Assembly: GCA_963514005.1 (NCBI GenBank)
Contig: OY740824.1
Span: 2,294,001 to 2,358,000, forward strand
DNA length: 64,000 nucleotides
Origin: Raja brachyura
Taxonomy: Eukaryota
Direction: 5' to 3'
Shown here one piece after another: positions 10,584-21,099 of this stretch (its first letter is position 1; every line of letters begins with the position of its first letter). Made by a program: the position numbers and the translations under genes. Below the pieces are notes generated by a model, which worked only from the letters and a program-made list of their open reading frames with translations, searched no databases and had not been told where the DNA came from.

Positions 10584-12548
10584 ACTGGGACGCAACGCCC
10601 TGGGAGATTCCGGAGTGAAACTGCTGTCTGCGGCTCTGAGGAACCCGGACTGTAAAATACAGATGCTGTGGTAAGCTCCAGACTGTGAGAGATTGTGTTT
10701 ACAGTCACTGGGTGTCTGACACTGAACATTAATATGATCAGTAATTGTGTCACTGATAAACACTGGGGATTTGCACCGTCTCCTGTCTCTCTGTGTCCCT
10801 CACCCTCACTCTCTCTCATCTCCAGGCTGCAACGTGTCGGTCTCACAGATTCTGGAGCCGAGGATCTCGCCTCCGCTCTCAGTACGAACCACTCACTGAC
10901 GAAGCTGAACCTGAGTGAGAATAAACTGGGAGATTCCGGAGTGAAACTGGTGTCTGCGGCTCTGAGGAACCTGGACTGTAAAATACAGACACTATTGTAA
11001 GTCCCAGACTGTGAGAGATTGTGTTTACAGTCAAGGGGTGTCTAACACTGAACATTAATATGATCAGTAATTGTGTCACTGATAAACACTGGGGATTTGC
11101 ACCGTCTCCTGTCTCTCTGTGTCCCTCACCCTCACTCTCTCTCATCTCCAGGCTGAACCGTGTCGGTCTCACAGATTCTGGAGCCGAGGATCTCGTCTCC
11201 GCTCTTAGTACAAACCACTCACTGACGCAGCTGTACCTGGCTGATAATAAACTGGGAGACTCCGGAGTGAAACCGGTGTCTGCGGCTCTGAGGAACCCGG
11301 ACTGTAAAATACAGATACTGGGGTAAGTCCCAGACTGTGAGAGATTGTGTTTACACTCACTGGGTGTCTGACACTGAACATTAATATGATCAGTAATTGT
11401 GTCACTGATGCACTGCGGATTTGCACTGTCTGCTGTCTCTCTGTGTCCCTCACCCTCACTCTCGCTCATCTCCAGGCTGGACAATTCACAAATCAGAGAT
11501 ACAATGGGACGGGAGTATTGGTACAGGATACCCAAAAGGTTAATAGACAATAGGTGTAGGAGTAGACCATTCGGCCCTTCGAGCCAGCACCGCCATTCAA
11601 TGGGATTATGGCTGATCATCCCCAATCAGTACCACGTTCCTGTCAAGATAAAGTAACCACATTCCCTCATGGCTGTGTGAACCCAGGAGATGCATTTGAG
11701 CTTATAAGCACCTTGGCAAGCCAGGGAAAAGGCCATAAAATGGATTTTGCTGCCTGGCTGAGAATGCATTTTAGGCCCCACAAGGGCCTGTAAAAGTGCA
11801 GAAAGCATCCCTTCGTGTCTGTATGAAGTCGGGAGATGTAATTCAGCTTAAAAGGAGCTAGCTAGACCTTGCAAAAGGCCAAACACTGAATTTTGCAGCC
11901 TAGCAGAAAATGCTTTTTCTCTGGCACAAGGCCACAAAAAAGCCTACAGACCAGTCCCTCAGGTCTGTATGAGGTCAGGAGATTTATTTCAACTTAAAAA
12001 CAACTCGCTAGACCTGTCACTCTCTGTGTCCCTCACTATCACTCTCTCTCATCTCCAGGCTGAACAGTGTTGGTCTCACAGATTCTGGAGCCATGGATCT
12101 CACCTCCGCTCTCAGTACAAACACCTCACTGACGAAGCTGTGGTTGGGTGATAATAAACTTGGAGACTCTGGTGTGAAACTGGTGTCTGCGGCTCTGAGG
12201 AACCCGGACTGTAAAATACAGATACTGGGGTAAGTTCCAGACTGTGAGAGATTGTGTTTACACTCACTGGGTGTCTGACACTGAACATTAATATGATTAG
12301 TAATTTTGTCACTGATGAACACTGGGGATTTGCACCGTCTCCTGTCTCTCTATGTCCCTCACCCTCACTCTCATCTCTAGGCTGGATGGTGTCGGTCTCA
12401 CAGATTCTGGTGCCGGGGATCTCGTCTCCGCTCTCAGTACAAATACTTCGCTGACGGAGCTGTACCTGGCACAGAACTCCCTGACAGACCAATCTGTCCC
12501 CGCTCTCCACCGCCTCATACTGGCCCTCCTGACACTGAAGTGGATCAG
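10584..12548 (+). CDS. NLR ribonuclease-inhibitor-type LRR exons (87, 171, 171, 171, 168 bp; all phase 2-2)
   Basis: Repeating LxxVGLTDSGAEDLxSALSTNxSLTxLxLxxNKLGDSGVKLVSAALRNPDCKIQxL, each flanked by (c/t)AG and GTaag/GTgag. Confidence 0.92.
10671..12380 (+). repeat. Tandem ~326-bp intron+LRR-exon cassettes
   Basis: Intron GTAAG(T/C)..CAGACTGTGAGAGATTGTGTTTACA...CTCATCTCCAG recurs at 10671, 10997, 11323 and 12230, with a partial copy at ~12015-12058. Confidence 0.95.
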
Positions 12549-12627
12549 GTGAGTGTTTGTGTTAATGTTTAATGTGATAAAATATCAGTGGATTCGTGGG
12601 CTTTCACCTGTGATTTTGTTCTTTAGC

Positions 12628-12943
12628 CAATAGACAATAGGTGCAGGAGTAGGCCATTTGCCCCTTCGAGCCAGCAGCGCCATTCAATATGATCATGGCT
12701 GATCATTCCTAATCAGTACCCCGTTCCTGCTTCTCCCCTGACTCTGCTATCTTTAAGAGCCCTATCTAGCTCTCTCTTGAAAGCATCCAGAGAACCTGCC
12801 TCCACCTGCCTCCACCACCGTCCGAGGCAGAGAATTCCACAGACTCACCACTCTCTGTGCGAAAATATGTTTCGTCGTCTCTGTTCTAAATGGCTTACTC
12901 CTTATTCTTAAACTGTGGCCCCTGGTTCTTGACTCCCCCAACT
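12628..12943 (-). mobile_element. CR1 3' end in last NLR intron
   Basis: CAATAGACAATAGGTGCAGGAGTAGGCCATT tail and 3'UTR, as in other copies. Confidence 0.85.
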
Positions 12944-13031
12944 GTAAGTGGTGTTGAAATATTAACCCCAGTCTCTGTTACTGACACTCTTTCACCTGTT
13001 CATTTCCTCTTTATTCCTCGACTTGTTTCAG

Positions 13032-13119
13032 GCTGGGGGTGAATAAGTTCAGTCCGACCGGAAAGAAGGAACTGAGGTCGCTGCAGGAATCCAGACCCGG
13101 AGTGAATGTGGACGTGTGA
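13032..13119 (+). CDS. NLR terminal exon
   Basis: gtttcAG|G CTG GGG GTG AAT AAG TTC...; LGVNKFSPTGKKELRSLQESRPGVNVDV*; phase matches the 12548 donor. Confidence 0.8.
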
Positions 13120-13479
13120 ACATCTCTGGATGTAAACGTCACCGCCCTGGGGACCGGAATATTGTTGGCCGATTCCCCGCCCTCCCCTTTTAACGGCCCC
13201 CATTCCTTTAAACTCTGAGCTTCCCAGGCCAGCCGGGCCGTGGCGTCAGACGCGACCCTGCCTGCTGTCACGTGACCTGGGTACGCGGCACTGCTGCTGA
13301 TGCCGGATATCCGGTGCTGCTCTCCGGTGGGGGACAGGGGAATTGCAGCGGGACCTGCAGGATCCCGGATATGACTTTATCATCAGCGGCCCCGGATCTT
13401 GCTGCGGGTTGATGGTGACAACAGTATCCATTTGGCGGAGAAGATTAAACATGACTCTGGTGGAATTCGGGGCAGGGCA

Positions 13480-14420
13480 TCGGAGATGTCCTCATTCTTC
13501 AGGGAACAGGGGTTCCCCTCTTCTACTATAGATGAAGCTCTCACCAGGGTCTGTTCAATACTCTGTGACTGCTCTCACTCTCCCCCCCCCCCCCCCCACT
13601 CGTAACAAGGGCAGAGTCCCCCTTCTCCTCGCCTTCCACCCTACCAGCCGTCACACACAACAGATAATCCTCCGACATTTTCGCCACCTCCAACGGGATC
13701 CCACCACAGGCCACATCTTCCCATCTCCTCTGCTTTCGGCTTTCCGCATAGACCGCTCCCTCCGTAACTCCCTGGTCAATTCGTCCCTTCAAAACCAAAC
13801 CAACCCCTCCCCTGGTACTTTCCCTTGCACCTGCAGGAAATGCTACACTTGTCGATTTACACCCCCCCCCCTCGACTCCATCCAAGAACCCAAGCAGTCT
13901 TTCCAGGTGAGGCAGAGGTTCACCTGCACTTCCTCCAACCTCATCTATTGCATCCGCTGCTCTAGATGTCAGCTGCTCTACATCGGTGAGACCAAGCGTA
14001 GGCTTGGCGATTGCTTCGCCCAACACCTCCGTTCGGTTCACAACAACCAACCTGATCTCCCGGTGGCTCAGCACTGCAACTCCCCCTCCCATTCCCAATC
14101 CTACCTTTCTGTCCTGGGCCAACTCCATGGCCAGAGTGAGGCCCAGCGCAAATTGGAGAAGCAGCACCTCATATTCCCCTTGGGCAGTTTACACCCCAGC
14201 GATATTTACATTGACTTCTCCAATTTCAGGTAGTCCTTGGTTTCTCCTCCCCTTCCCAGCTCTCACTCAGCCCACTGTCTCCACCTCTTCCTTTCTTCTT
14301 CCCGTCCCCCTACCCTCACATCAGTCTGAAGAAGGGTCTCGACCCGAAACGTCGCCTATTTCTTTTGCTCCATAGATGCTGCCTCACCCGCTGAGTGTTT
14401 CCGGCATTTTTGTCTACCTT
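13480..14420 (+). mobile_element. Penelope-like retroelement 3' part (GIY-YIG endonuclease) plus terminal repeat
   Basis: ORF 13532-14233: RVPLLLAFHP, CTCRKCYTC, FTCTSSNLIYCIRCSRCQLLYIGETKRRLGDCFAQH. Confidence 0.9.
14326..14353 (+). ncRNA. Minimal hammerhead-ribozyme-like motif in Penelope terminal repeat
   Basis: CTGAAGA-A-GGGT(CTCG)ACCC-GAAAC-GTC: CUGANGA core, stem II, GAAA, palindromic ACGT stem III and GUC site. Helix I pairing is weak. Confidence 0.6.
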
Positions 14421-15332
14421 GTGGAAAGCAAGGATGTAAGACTTCAAAGAGAAGTTGATCACCTATTAATTATGCCAAAAATGTAAAATGCGCATATAAC
14501 TATTGTGTCGCGAGTGTTTTGAAAATTTGCTAGCGATGTAAATTATTGAAACGCTTTAGGTTGCGTCAGTATATTTCGCTACATCCTGAATATAATGGCG
14601 TGTTTGAGAAACTCACCACCGCTGTATGGGATATTCTTTGTGACTGCGCCGTAATTATAGAGAGAAATCTAGATTGGTTACTTCATACTAACTAATCATA
14701 GTGCGTGTTAGTAGAAGCTCCGCCTACTACGCGGTTTATATTATCAGAAGTCTGCTTAAGTAATTAGCAAATATACTACAGCGGGGCAAGATAGACCACT
14801 CCTGCAAAATCCAATGGACTGACGTGTAGTACGCAACGGAGCGTAACTTCCGACAATTCTCTAGGCCCGACCCGACTTCAGTTATGCATCTCGCAGTGCG
14901 ACAAGCGTTGCGGGGGAACAATTTGTGTTTAGTATGTTTATAGTATCTTTGGGGGTGGGAGATTGCAACCTTCACGTGGTCCGCCCTGTTTCGACAAATG
15001 CAATCAACCCGGCATGCACAATCAAATAAGATCAAATGGAACAAGTTGTCTGACAACTTTAGGCTGTGCACGCCATACGAAAGAAGACGTATCTTTGCTT
15101 GGACACTGTCATATTATGTTTATTGGTAATTAGTTTGAGTAGCTGCTAGCTTACTGTAACACCATGCCGATGAATGATGTGAGTGGACTTTAATAAACAT
15201 GTGTTGTACCTTGACGTGTGTACGACTCGACTCATTACAAGCAATACAGCACAAGAATGGACCCTTCTGCCCACAAGATTTGTGCATTTGAGTATCGGCT
15301 GAAGTAACCCACCCATCCATTCCTCTCCCTAC

Positions 15333-15463
15333 CTTGTAATCTTGCTCACTGAAATATCACTGAAATATCTCTCGTATGCTAGAACGAAGACGACATTCTG
15401 CAACGCCTCTTGAATCGCCGCTTCCAGCCTCTGGCGGTTCGTGAGGGAGGAGCGACGTCCGAG
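15333..15463 (-). pseudogene. Orphan probable NLR N-terminal exon, frameshifted by an 11-bp duplication
   Basis: Minus strand ttacAG|CTC...TACAAG|GTagg; LTNRQRLEAAIQEALQNVVFVLAYERYFS. Removing one copy of CACTGAAATAT (15347-15368) gives a 120-nt exon ending YFSEQDYK in phase 0. Confidence 0.5.
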
Positions 15464-17525
15464 CTGTAAGTTTAAAACCCGATCACGGGGCTTCGATTTA
15501 CATAGGCCCAGGAGCCGTTGGTGAGGGAGGAACCCAAATCTGTAACGTTTCATTCGTAGTTCGCTGTTCAAAACAAGTCAGCTTGAGGAAGCCGATGATT
15601 GGCGGAAGCGGACTAGAAGAAGCAGCTGATTGGGAGTTAGATCGCTGCTGATTTGTTCCAGTACTTTGTATTGTATTGTATTTTACTTTGTATTGTAGCC
15701 AGGGTAAGGGGGGGAGAATGAGGCCCAGGGCAGTTTACTGTTCTGAATGTCAGATGTGGGAGGTCATGGAGTCTGATAGCTTTCCAGACGTCCACATCTG
15801 CGCCAGGTGCTTCGAGATGGGGCTCCGAAGGGACTGTTAGGAACCTAGAGCAGCAGCTTGATGACCTCCGTCTGGTCAGGGAGAGTGAGGAGGTCATAGA
15901 GAGAAGTTACAGGGAGGTAGTCTCTCCAAAACGACAGGAGACAGACACGTGGGTCATGGTTAGGAGAGGAAAGGGGCAGAGGCATGGACTAGAGAGTACC
16001 CCACTGGCTGTACACCTTGGCAATAGGTACTCCTGTTTGAGTACTGTTGGGGGGCACAGCCTACCCGGGGGTAGCAACAGCGGCCAGGCCTCCGGTGCAG
16101 AGATTGGCCCTGTTGCTCAGAAGGGTAAGGAAAAGAAGAGGAGGGCAGTATTAATAGGGAACTCTATAGTTGGGGGGTCAGATAGGTGATTCTGTGGACG
16201 CAGTCAGGAGACCCGGATGGTAGTTTGCCTCCCTGGTGCCAGAGTCTGGGATGTGTCTGAACTTGTCGAACATATCCTGAAATGGGAGGGAGAGGAGCCT
16301 GAGGTTGTGGTACATATAGGTACCAATGACATAGGTAGAAAATGAGAAGAGGTCCTGAAAGGAGAATTTAGAGAGTTAGGAGGAGAGTTAAGGAGAAGGA
16401 CCGCAAAGGTAACAATCTCAGGACTACTGCCTGTGCCACGCGACAGTGAGAGTAGGATTGGAGCGAGGTGGAGGATAAATGTGTGGCTGAAGAACTGGTG
16501 CAGACGGCAGGGATTCAAGTTTTTGGATCATTGTGACCTCTTTTGACCTGTACAAAAAGGACGGGTTGCACTTGAACCCGAGGGGGACCAATATACTGGT
16601 GGGGAGACTTGCAAAGGATACTGGGTGATTTTAAACTAGAACGGTTGGAGGGAGTGACTCAAATAGAGAAAGCCAGTAGACTGTGTGTGAGGCAGGAGGC
16701 AGAGAAGTGAAGCATTGAAACCCAACAGGTAGTGGGGAAAGAAGACAAAAATAATAAACAGAGAATAAGAGGTGGTGGGTTTCTTAAATGTGTGAGCAGA
16801 GAGACAGAGGGGTGTAAAATGAGGGTAGAAGGAATAGGTAGCAAGGTGAAAAATAGAAGTGGCAGACAGACAAATCCAGGGCAAAAATCGAAGAGGTCCA
16901 CTTTTCAACATAATTGTATAGGGTGTAAGATTGTTGTAAACACAAGCCAGAAGGCTTTATGTCTCAATGCAAGGAGCATTCGTAATAAGGTGGATGATTT
17001 GAATGTGCAGATAGCTATTAATGACTATGATATAGTTGGGATCACAGAGACATGGCTCCAGGGTGACCAAGGCTGGGAGCTGAACATCCAGGGATATGAA
17101 ATATTCAGGAGGGATAGACAGAAAGGAAAAGGAGGTGGGGTAGCGTTACTGGTTAGAGAGGAGATTAGCGCAATAGAAAGGAAGGACATTAGCTTGGAGG
17201 ATGTGGAGTCGATATAGGTAGAGCTGCAAAACACTAAGGGGCAGAAAACGCTAGTGGGGGTTGTGTACAGGCCACCTAACAGTAGTAGTAGAGTTGGGGA
17301 TGGCATCAAACAGAAAATTAGAAATGCGTGCAACAAAGGTAAAACAGTTATAATGGGTGACTTCAGTCTACATATCGATTGGGTAAATCAAATTGGCAGG
17401 GTTGCTGAGGAAGAGGATTTCTTGGAATTTATGCCTGCGTAAACCAACATGTAGAAGAAGCAACGAGAGAGCAGGCTATTCTAGACTGGGTATTGATTAA
17501 TGAGGAAGGGTTAGTAAGTAGTCTT

Positions 17526-17728
17526 TGTAAATAAGCAATTTACAAACTCTAAAAGTGTTCAACACATTTTAATGATAGCACAAGGTATTACATACATCCT
17601 CAAATACTGGCTACATTCTTCTAGTGAACCGTATCCAGGAAGGGGAAGGCGTTATGATTGATGTTAACTAGGCGGGGTTAATGGTACTGAGGTAACTATG
17701 TTATTGGTTGCATGCAAAACCATCTACA
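17526..17728 (-). repeat. 3' LTR
   Basis: Direct repeat of 22029-22231, adjacent to the PPT. Confidence 0.95.
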
Positions 17729-17790
17729 TCCTTCCCCTTAGAAAATTTAAAAGAAACAGACCGTTGTCACTACAACAGAATTAAACAGAA

Positions 17791-20700
17791 TTAAACAGAA
17801 TCGCCATAACGAACAGGTGGCTTGCTGATCCGGCCCGAGCGCGTACGGATGCCTCCCCCTTCCCCCGGAGGAGCAGAAAAAACAGGGGGACCCGAGACAG
17901 CAGGGGAACCAGGGAAGGGCGGTGGGGTTGGAGGAACAGGAGAGGGAGAACCGCGACCGCCAACAGGTGACCCGCGCGGAGGGGAACCGGGCGCTCGATA
18001 TGGGGACCGAGGCATGCAGGGAACGCTGGCTGGGACAGGAGCCGGCTGCTGGTATGAGAGCGGCGGGGCATAGGGGCCCGGGGCCTGCGGCTTCGGCTCA
18101 TTAACCGCAAGCAGGTGTTGTCGGCTTCTACGGTAGATGGTTCCCTCATAGTCGACCAGATACGAACGAGGTGAGTCTGCCACCCCAACCACAGTAGCCA
18201 GACGGGAGTGACCACTTGCGGTTTGCAATCGAACAACCTGTCCAGGCAACAGAGGATCGAGCGGTCTGCACGACCGATCGTGGGAACGCCGCTGGCTGTC
18301 ATGTTTCTCTTGAATGCGCCTCTGCACAGAGGCAGGCTCCAGCACCCGAGGTTTCAGCTGGCGCTGGGCAATCGGGATGGTAGATCTGGTTGTTCTGGAC
18401 ATCAGACGCTGAGCAGGGGACCCCATGGCCGGATCTCTGGAAACATTCCTGAGGTTCAGGAGATCCAAATACAAATCAGAGTTAGACAGTCTCGCTTGTT
18501 CCATCAGAAGCTTGGCGCTGCGGATGGCCCGTTCAGCAAGGCCGTTGCTCTGTGGGTACTCCGGGCTGCTGGTGAAATGCGCAAAATTCCATTTGTCAGC
18601 AAAACTTTTGAACTCACGGCTGGTAAACTGCCTGCCATTGTCAGTCTGCAGCCTGACAGGGGACCCAAACGTGGAGAAGTGTTTCCGCAGCTTCCGGATC
18701 ACCATCTCCGACGTGAGGGATGTCAGCAAATCCACCTCGAACCAGTTTGAGTACGAGTCGACCAGGGCAAGGTAGTGGTTACCACGCCACTCGAAGATGT
18801 CGGCAGCCAGCGAGGACCAGGCCAAGGCAGGAGCGGGCTGTTGCAGCAGGGGCTGTCGCTGCTGATGTGGAGCAAGACTGTTGCACGTGGAGCAGGCAGA
18901 AACACGGTCTCGAATATATTTGGCCATTCCAGGCCAGTAGAATTGGCACTGAGCGTGGGCGAGTGTTGCGTCGACCCCGGGGTGTCCGCTGTGGGCTGCG
19001 CAGTAGTAAGAATCGAACAGGGAGGACGGGACCACCACTTTATGTCCCTTAACGATAACGCCATTCTGGAGCACCAGTTCGTCACGGACCAGGAAGAAGG
19101 GCTGTGTTTCAGGCGGTGCAGCGGAGCGCTTTGTTGGCCACCCTGATTTAATCACAGACGCAAGCCGTTGCAAAACTGGATCGGCAGCGGTGTGCTCGGC
19201 CAAAAGCTGCAGCTGCTTGGTGGGAATAAAATTGACGCCCAGTACGAGCAAGTCCTCTGTTTCGTAGGGGTGGCGAGCACAGGAGGCCCGCGGGGCGCGC
19301 GATAACGTGTCCGCGATGTGCATCTCGGTGCCTTTCTTGTAGACGATGTCGAAATCAAAGCGCTGGAGCTGCAGCATCATACGCTGCAGCCTGGCAGGGG
19401 CAGCATGAATCGGCTTGTTCAGGATTGTCACCAGTGGCTGGTGGTCGGTTTCGACTGTAAATCTGCTGCCAAACAGGAAGTCTCTGAACTTGGAGCAGGC
19501 AAACACCACCGCAAGCAGCTCCTTCTCGATCTGAGCGTACCGCTGCTCGGTGTCCGTCATGGTGCGGGAGGCATAGGAGACAGGATGTAACGATCCATCG
19601 ACAGATTGGAGGCATGCCGCGCCCAGGCCGAACTTAGAAGCGTCACATGTGACGGTGATGGGGCGACTCGCATCAAAAAATCGCAACGTCGGAGTGTTAA
19701 TCAGTTTCGACTTGAGACAGTCAAACGCCTGCTGGTGCTGTGGGAGCCAGACCCAGGCGATATCCTTTTTTGTCAGCTGCCGCAGGGGAGCACTCAGCTC
19801 ACTGAGATGTGGTACAAACTTCCCAAGGTAGTTCACCATGCCCAAGAAACGTTGTAGACCTGGCACGTCGGTGGGGGCTGCCATCTCAGAGATGGCCGCT
19901 GCCTTCAAAGGGTCGGGTTTTAGTCCGTTAGAGGTGAAAACGTGTCCAACATACGTGACTTCTGAGACACGAAACCGGCACTTCTTTGGGTTCAGCTTCA
20001 GGTTGGCCTTTCGTGCCCGATCCAGGACGCGGCGGAGGTTCCGGTCATGTTCGGCAATGTCCTTTCCATAGACTAAGATGTCATCCACGATGATGGCACA
20101 TGGCAGGCCCGAGAATATCTGCTCCATCGTTCGCTGGAACACCTCACTACCGGAATTGATGCCGAATGGCATTCGCAGGAATTTGAATCTGCCGAATGGT
20201 GTGGCGAAGGTTGTCAGGTCGGAAGATGCTTTGTCCAACGGGATCTGCCAGAACGAGTTCTTAGCGTCTAGGACCGAAAAGACGGTGGCTTGCCCGACCT
20301 GAGCCGCCACGTCCTCAACAGACCGCATGGGGTAGTGTGGTCGCCTGATGGCAAGGTTTAAGTCCTTGGGGTTGATACACACACGTATTTCATTCTTGTC
20401 TTTCTTTATCGTGGCAACCATGGTGGAGACCCAATCGGTGGGCTCGCTGACCGCTTCTAGCACCCCCTTGTCGACCATGTTGTTAAGCATCGCCTCGACC
20501 CTGTCTTTCATGGCGTGGGACACCCTGTGAGGTGCGCGGACCACGGGTTGTACATTTGGGTCAATGGAAATATGGTATGTCAGTGGTAACTTTCCCAGGT
20601 CATCGTTGAACAGGTCCTGGTATTCTGCAATCGGGTTAAATGACAGTTGCACTTTGTGGACCGTGTGGTCGAAGGACACCAGGCCAAGATCTTGGCACGC

Positions 20701-21099
20701 ACGGTTTCCCAGCAGGGTAACACAGTCAGAGTTCAAAACATAAAAAATCAAGTTTCTCGTGGCCTTCTGTAGCCTGCAAGTTAAAGTGGCCCTCCCCACA
20801 GGCCTGAGAATTTCTCCACCATAGGCGTGTAGAGTAGCATTGTCAGCGACCAAGGCCTCATTAGTCCTTATCTTGTTGAAAAGATTTATTGACAAAACAT
20901 TGACCTTTGCCCCAGTATCTAACTTCGCAAGGAAGGTTACATTGTTGACAGTCACAGACACGGAGGGATCAAGACGTTGGCCAGGTGCCTGGAGGAGGGT
21001 AAACACATTCGAATCCTCGGGAGAATTAATTGGATCTGTATCATAGGATTCAGCAACATCGGGCTGTGGGTTGGAACAGCTATCAGATTGTTTAAGCAT
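17791..21099 (-). CDS. pol: Gypsy Pol polyprotein (PR-RT-RNaseH-IN)
   Basis: Uninterrupted 1102-aa ORF: LDTGA, IIVDDILV, CDASKFGLG, YAQIEKELL, HSGHPG..CxxC, TDNGRQF, SNGLAER, then a Pro-rich tail ending TRSGRISKPP. Confidence 0.95.
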   Translation of the reverse strand: MLKQSDSCSNPQPDVAESYDTDPINSPEDSNVFTLLQAPGQRLDPSVSVTVNNVTFLAKLDTGAKVNVLSINLFNKIRTNEALVADNATLHAYGGEILRPVGRATLTCRLQKATRNLIFYVLNSDCVTLLGNRACQDLGLVSFDHTVHKVQLSFNPIAEYQDLFNDDLGKLPLTYHISIDPNVQPVVRAPHRVSHAMKDRVEAMLNNMVDKGVLEAVSEPTDWVSTMVATIKKDKNEIRVCINPKDLNLAIRRPHYPMRSVEDVAAQVGQATVFSVLDAKNSFWQIPLDKASSDLTTFATPFGRFKFLRMPFGINSGSEVFQRTMEQIFSGLPCAIIVDDILVYGKDIAEHDRNLRRVLDRARKANLKLNPKKCRFRVSEVTYVGHVFTSNGLKPDPLKAAAISEMAAPTDVPGLQRFLGMVNYLGKFVPHLSELSAPLRQLTKKDIAWVWLPQHQQAFDCLKSKLINTPTLRFFDASRPITVTCDASKFGLGAACLQSVDGSLHPVSYASRTMTDTEQRYAQIEKELLAVVFACSKFRDFLFGSRFTVETDHQPLVTILNKPIHAAPARLQRMMLQLQRFDFDIVYKKGTEMHIADTLSRAPRASCARHPYETEDLLVLGVNFIPTKQLQLLAEHTAADPVLQRLASVIKSGWPTKRSAAPPETQPFFLVRDELVLQNGVIVKGHKVVVPSSLFDSYYCAAHSGHPGVDATLAHAQCQFYWPGMAKYIRDRVSACSTCNSLAPHQQRQPLLQQPAPALAWSSLAADIFEWRGNHYLALVDSYSNWFEVDLLTSLTSEMVIRKLRKHFSTFGSPVRLQTDNGRQFTSREFKSFADKWNFAHFTSSPEYPQSNGLAERAIRSAKLLMEQARLSNSDLYLDLLNLRNVSRDPAMGSPAQRLMSRTTRSTIPIAQRQLKPRVLEPASVQRRIQEKHDSQRRSHDRSCRPLDPLLPGQVVRLQTASGHSRLATVVGVADSPRSYLVDYEGTIYRRSRQHLLAVNEPKPQAPGPYAPPLSYQQPAPVPASVPCMPRSPYRAPGSPPRGSPVGGRGSPSPVPPTPPPFPGSPAVSGPPVFSAPPGEGGGIRTRSGRISKPPVRYGDSV

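Larger units (their letters stand above)
3077..13119 (+). pseudogene. NACHT-LRR (NLR) immune receptor, chondrichthyan expanded NLRP3/NLRC3-like type; 5'-partial; one premature stop
   Basis: Exons 3077-3248, 3330-3395, 8408-10142, 10584-10670, 10826-10996, 11152-11322, 12059-12229, 12381-12548 and 13032-13119. All have AG/GT ends with compatible phases; total 2829 nt = 943 codons. In-frame TGA at 9724-9726. Confidence 0.88.

Noticed and set aside
10671-10825. RAG recombination signals in LRR introns (CACTG/ACTGTG-like words)
   Set aside because: No canonical CACAGTG heptamer with an ACAAAAACC nonamer at 12/23 spacing was found.
10879-11625. Antisense ORFs over the LRR array and Gypsy pol
   Set aside because: Shadow frames of repeated or GC-rich coding sequence with no independent motifs.
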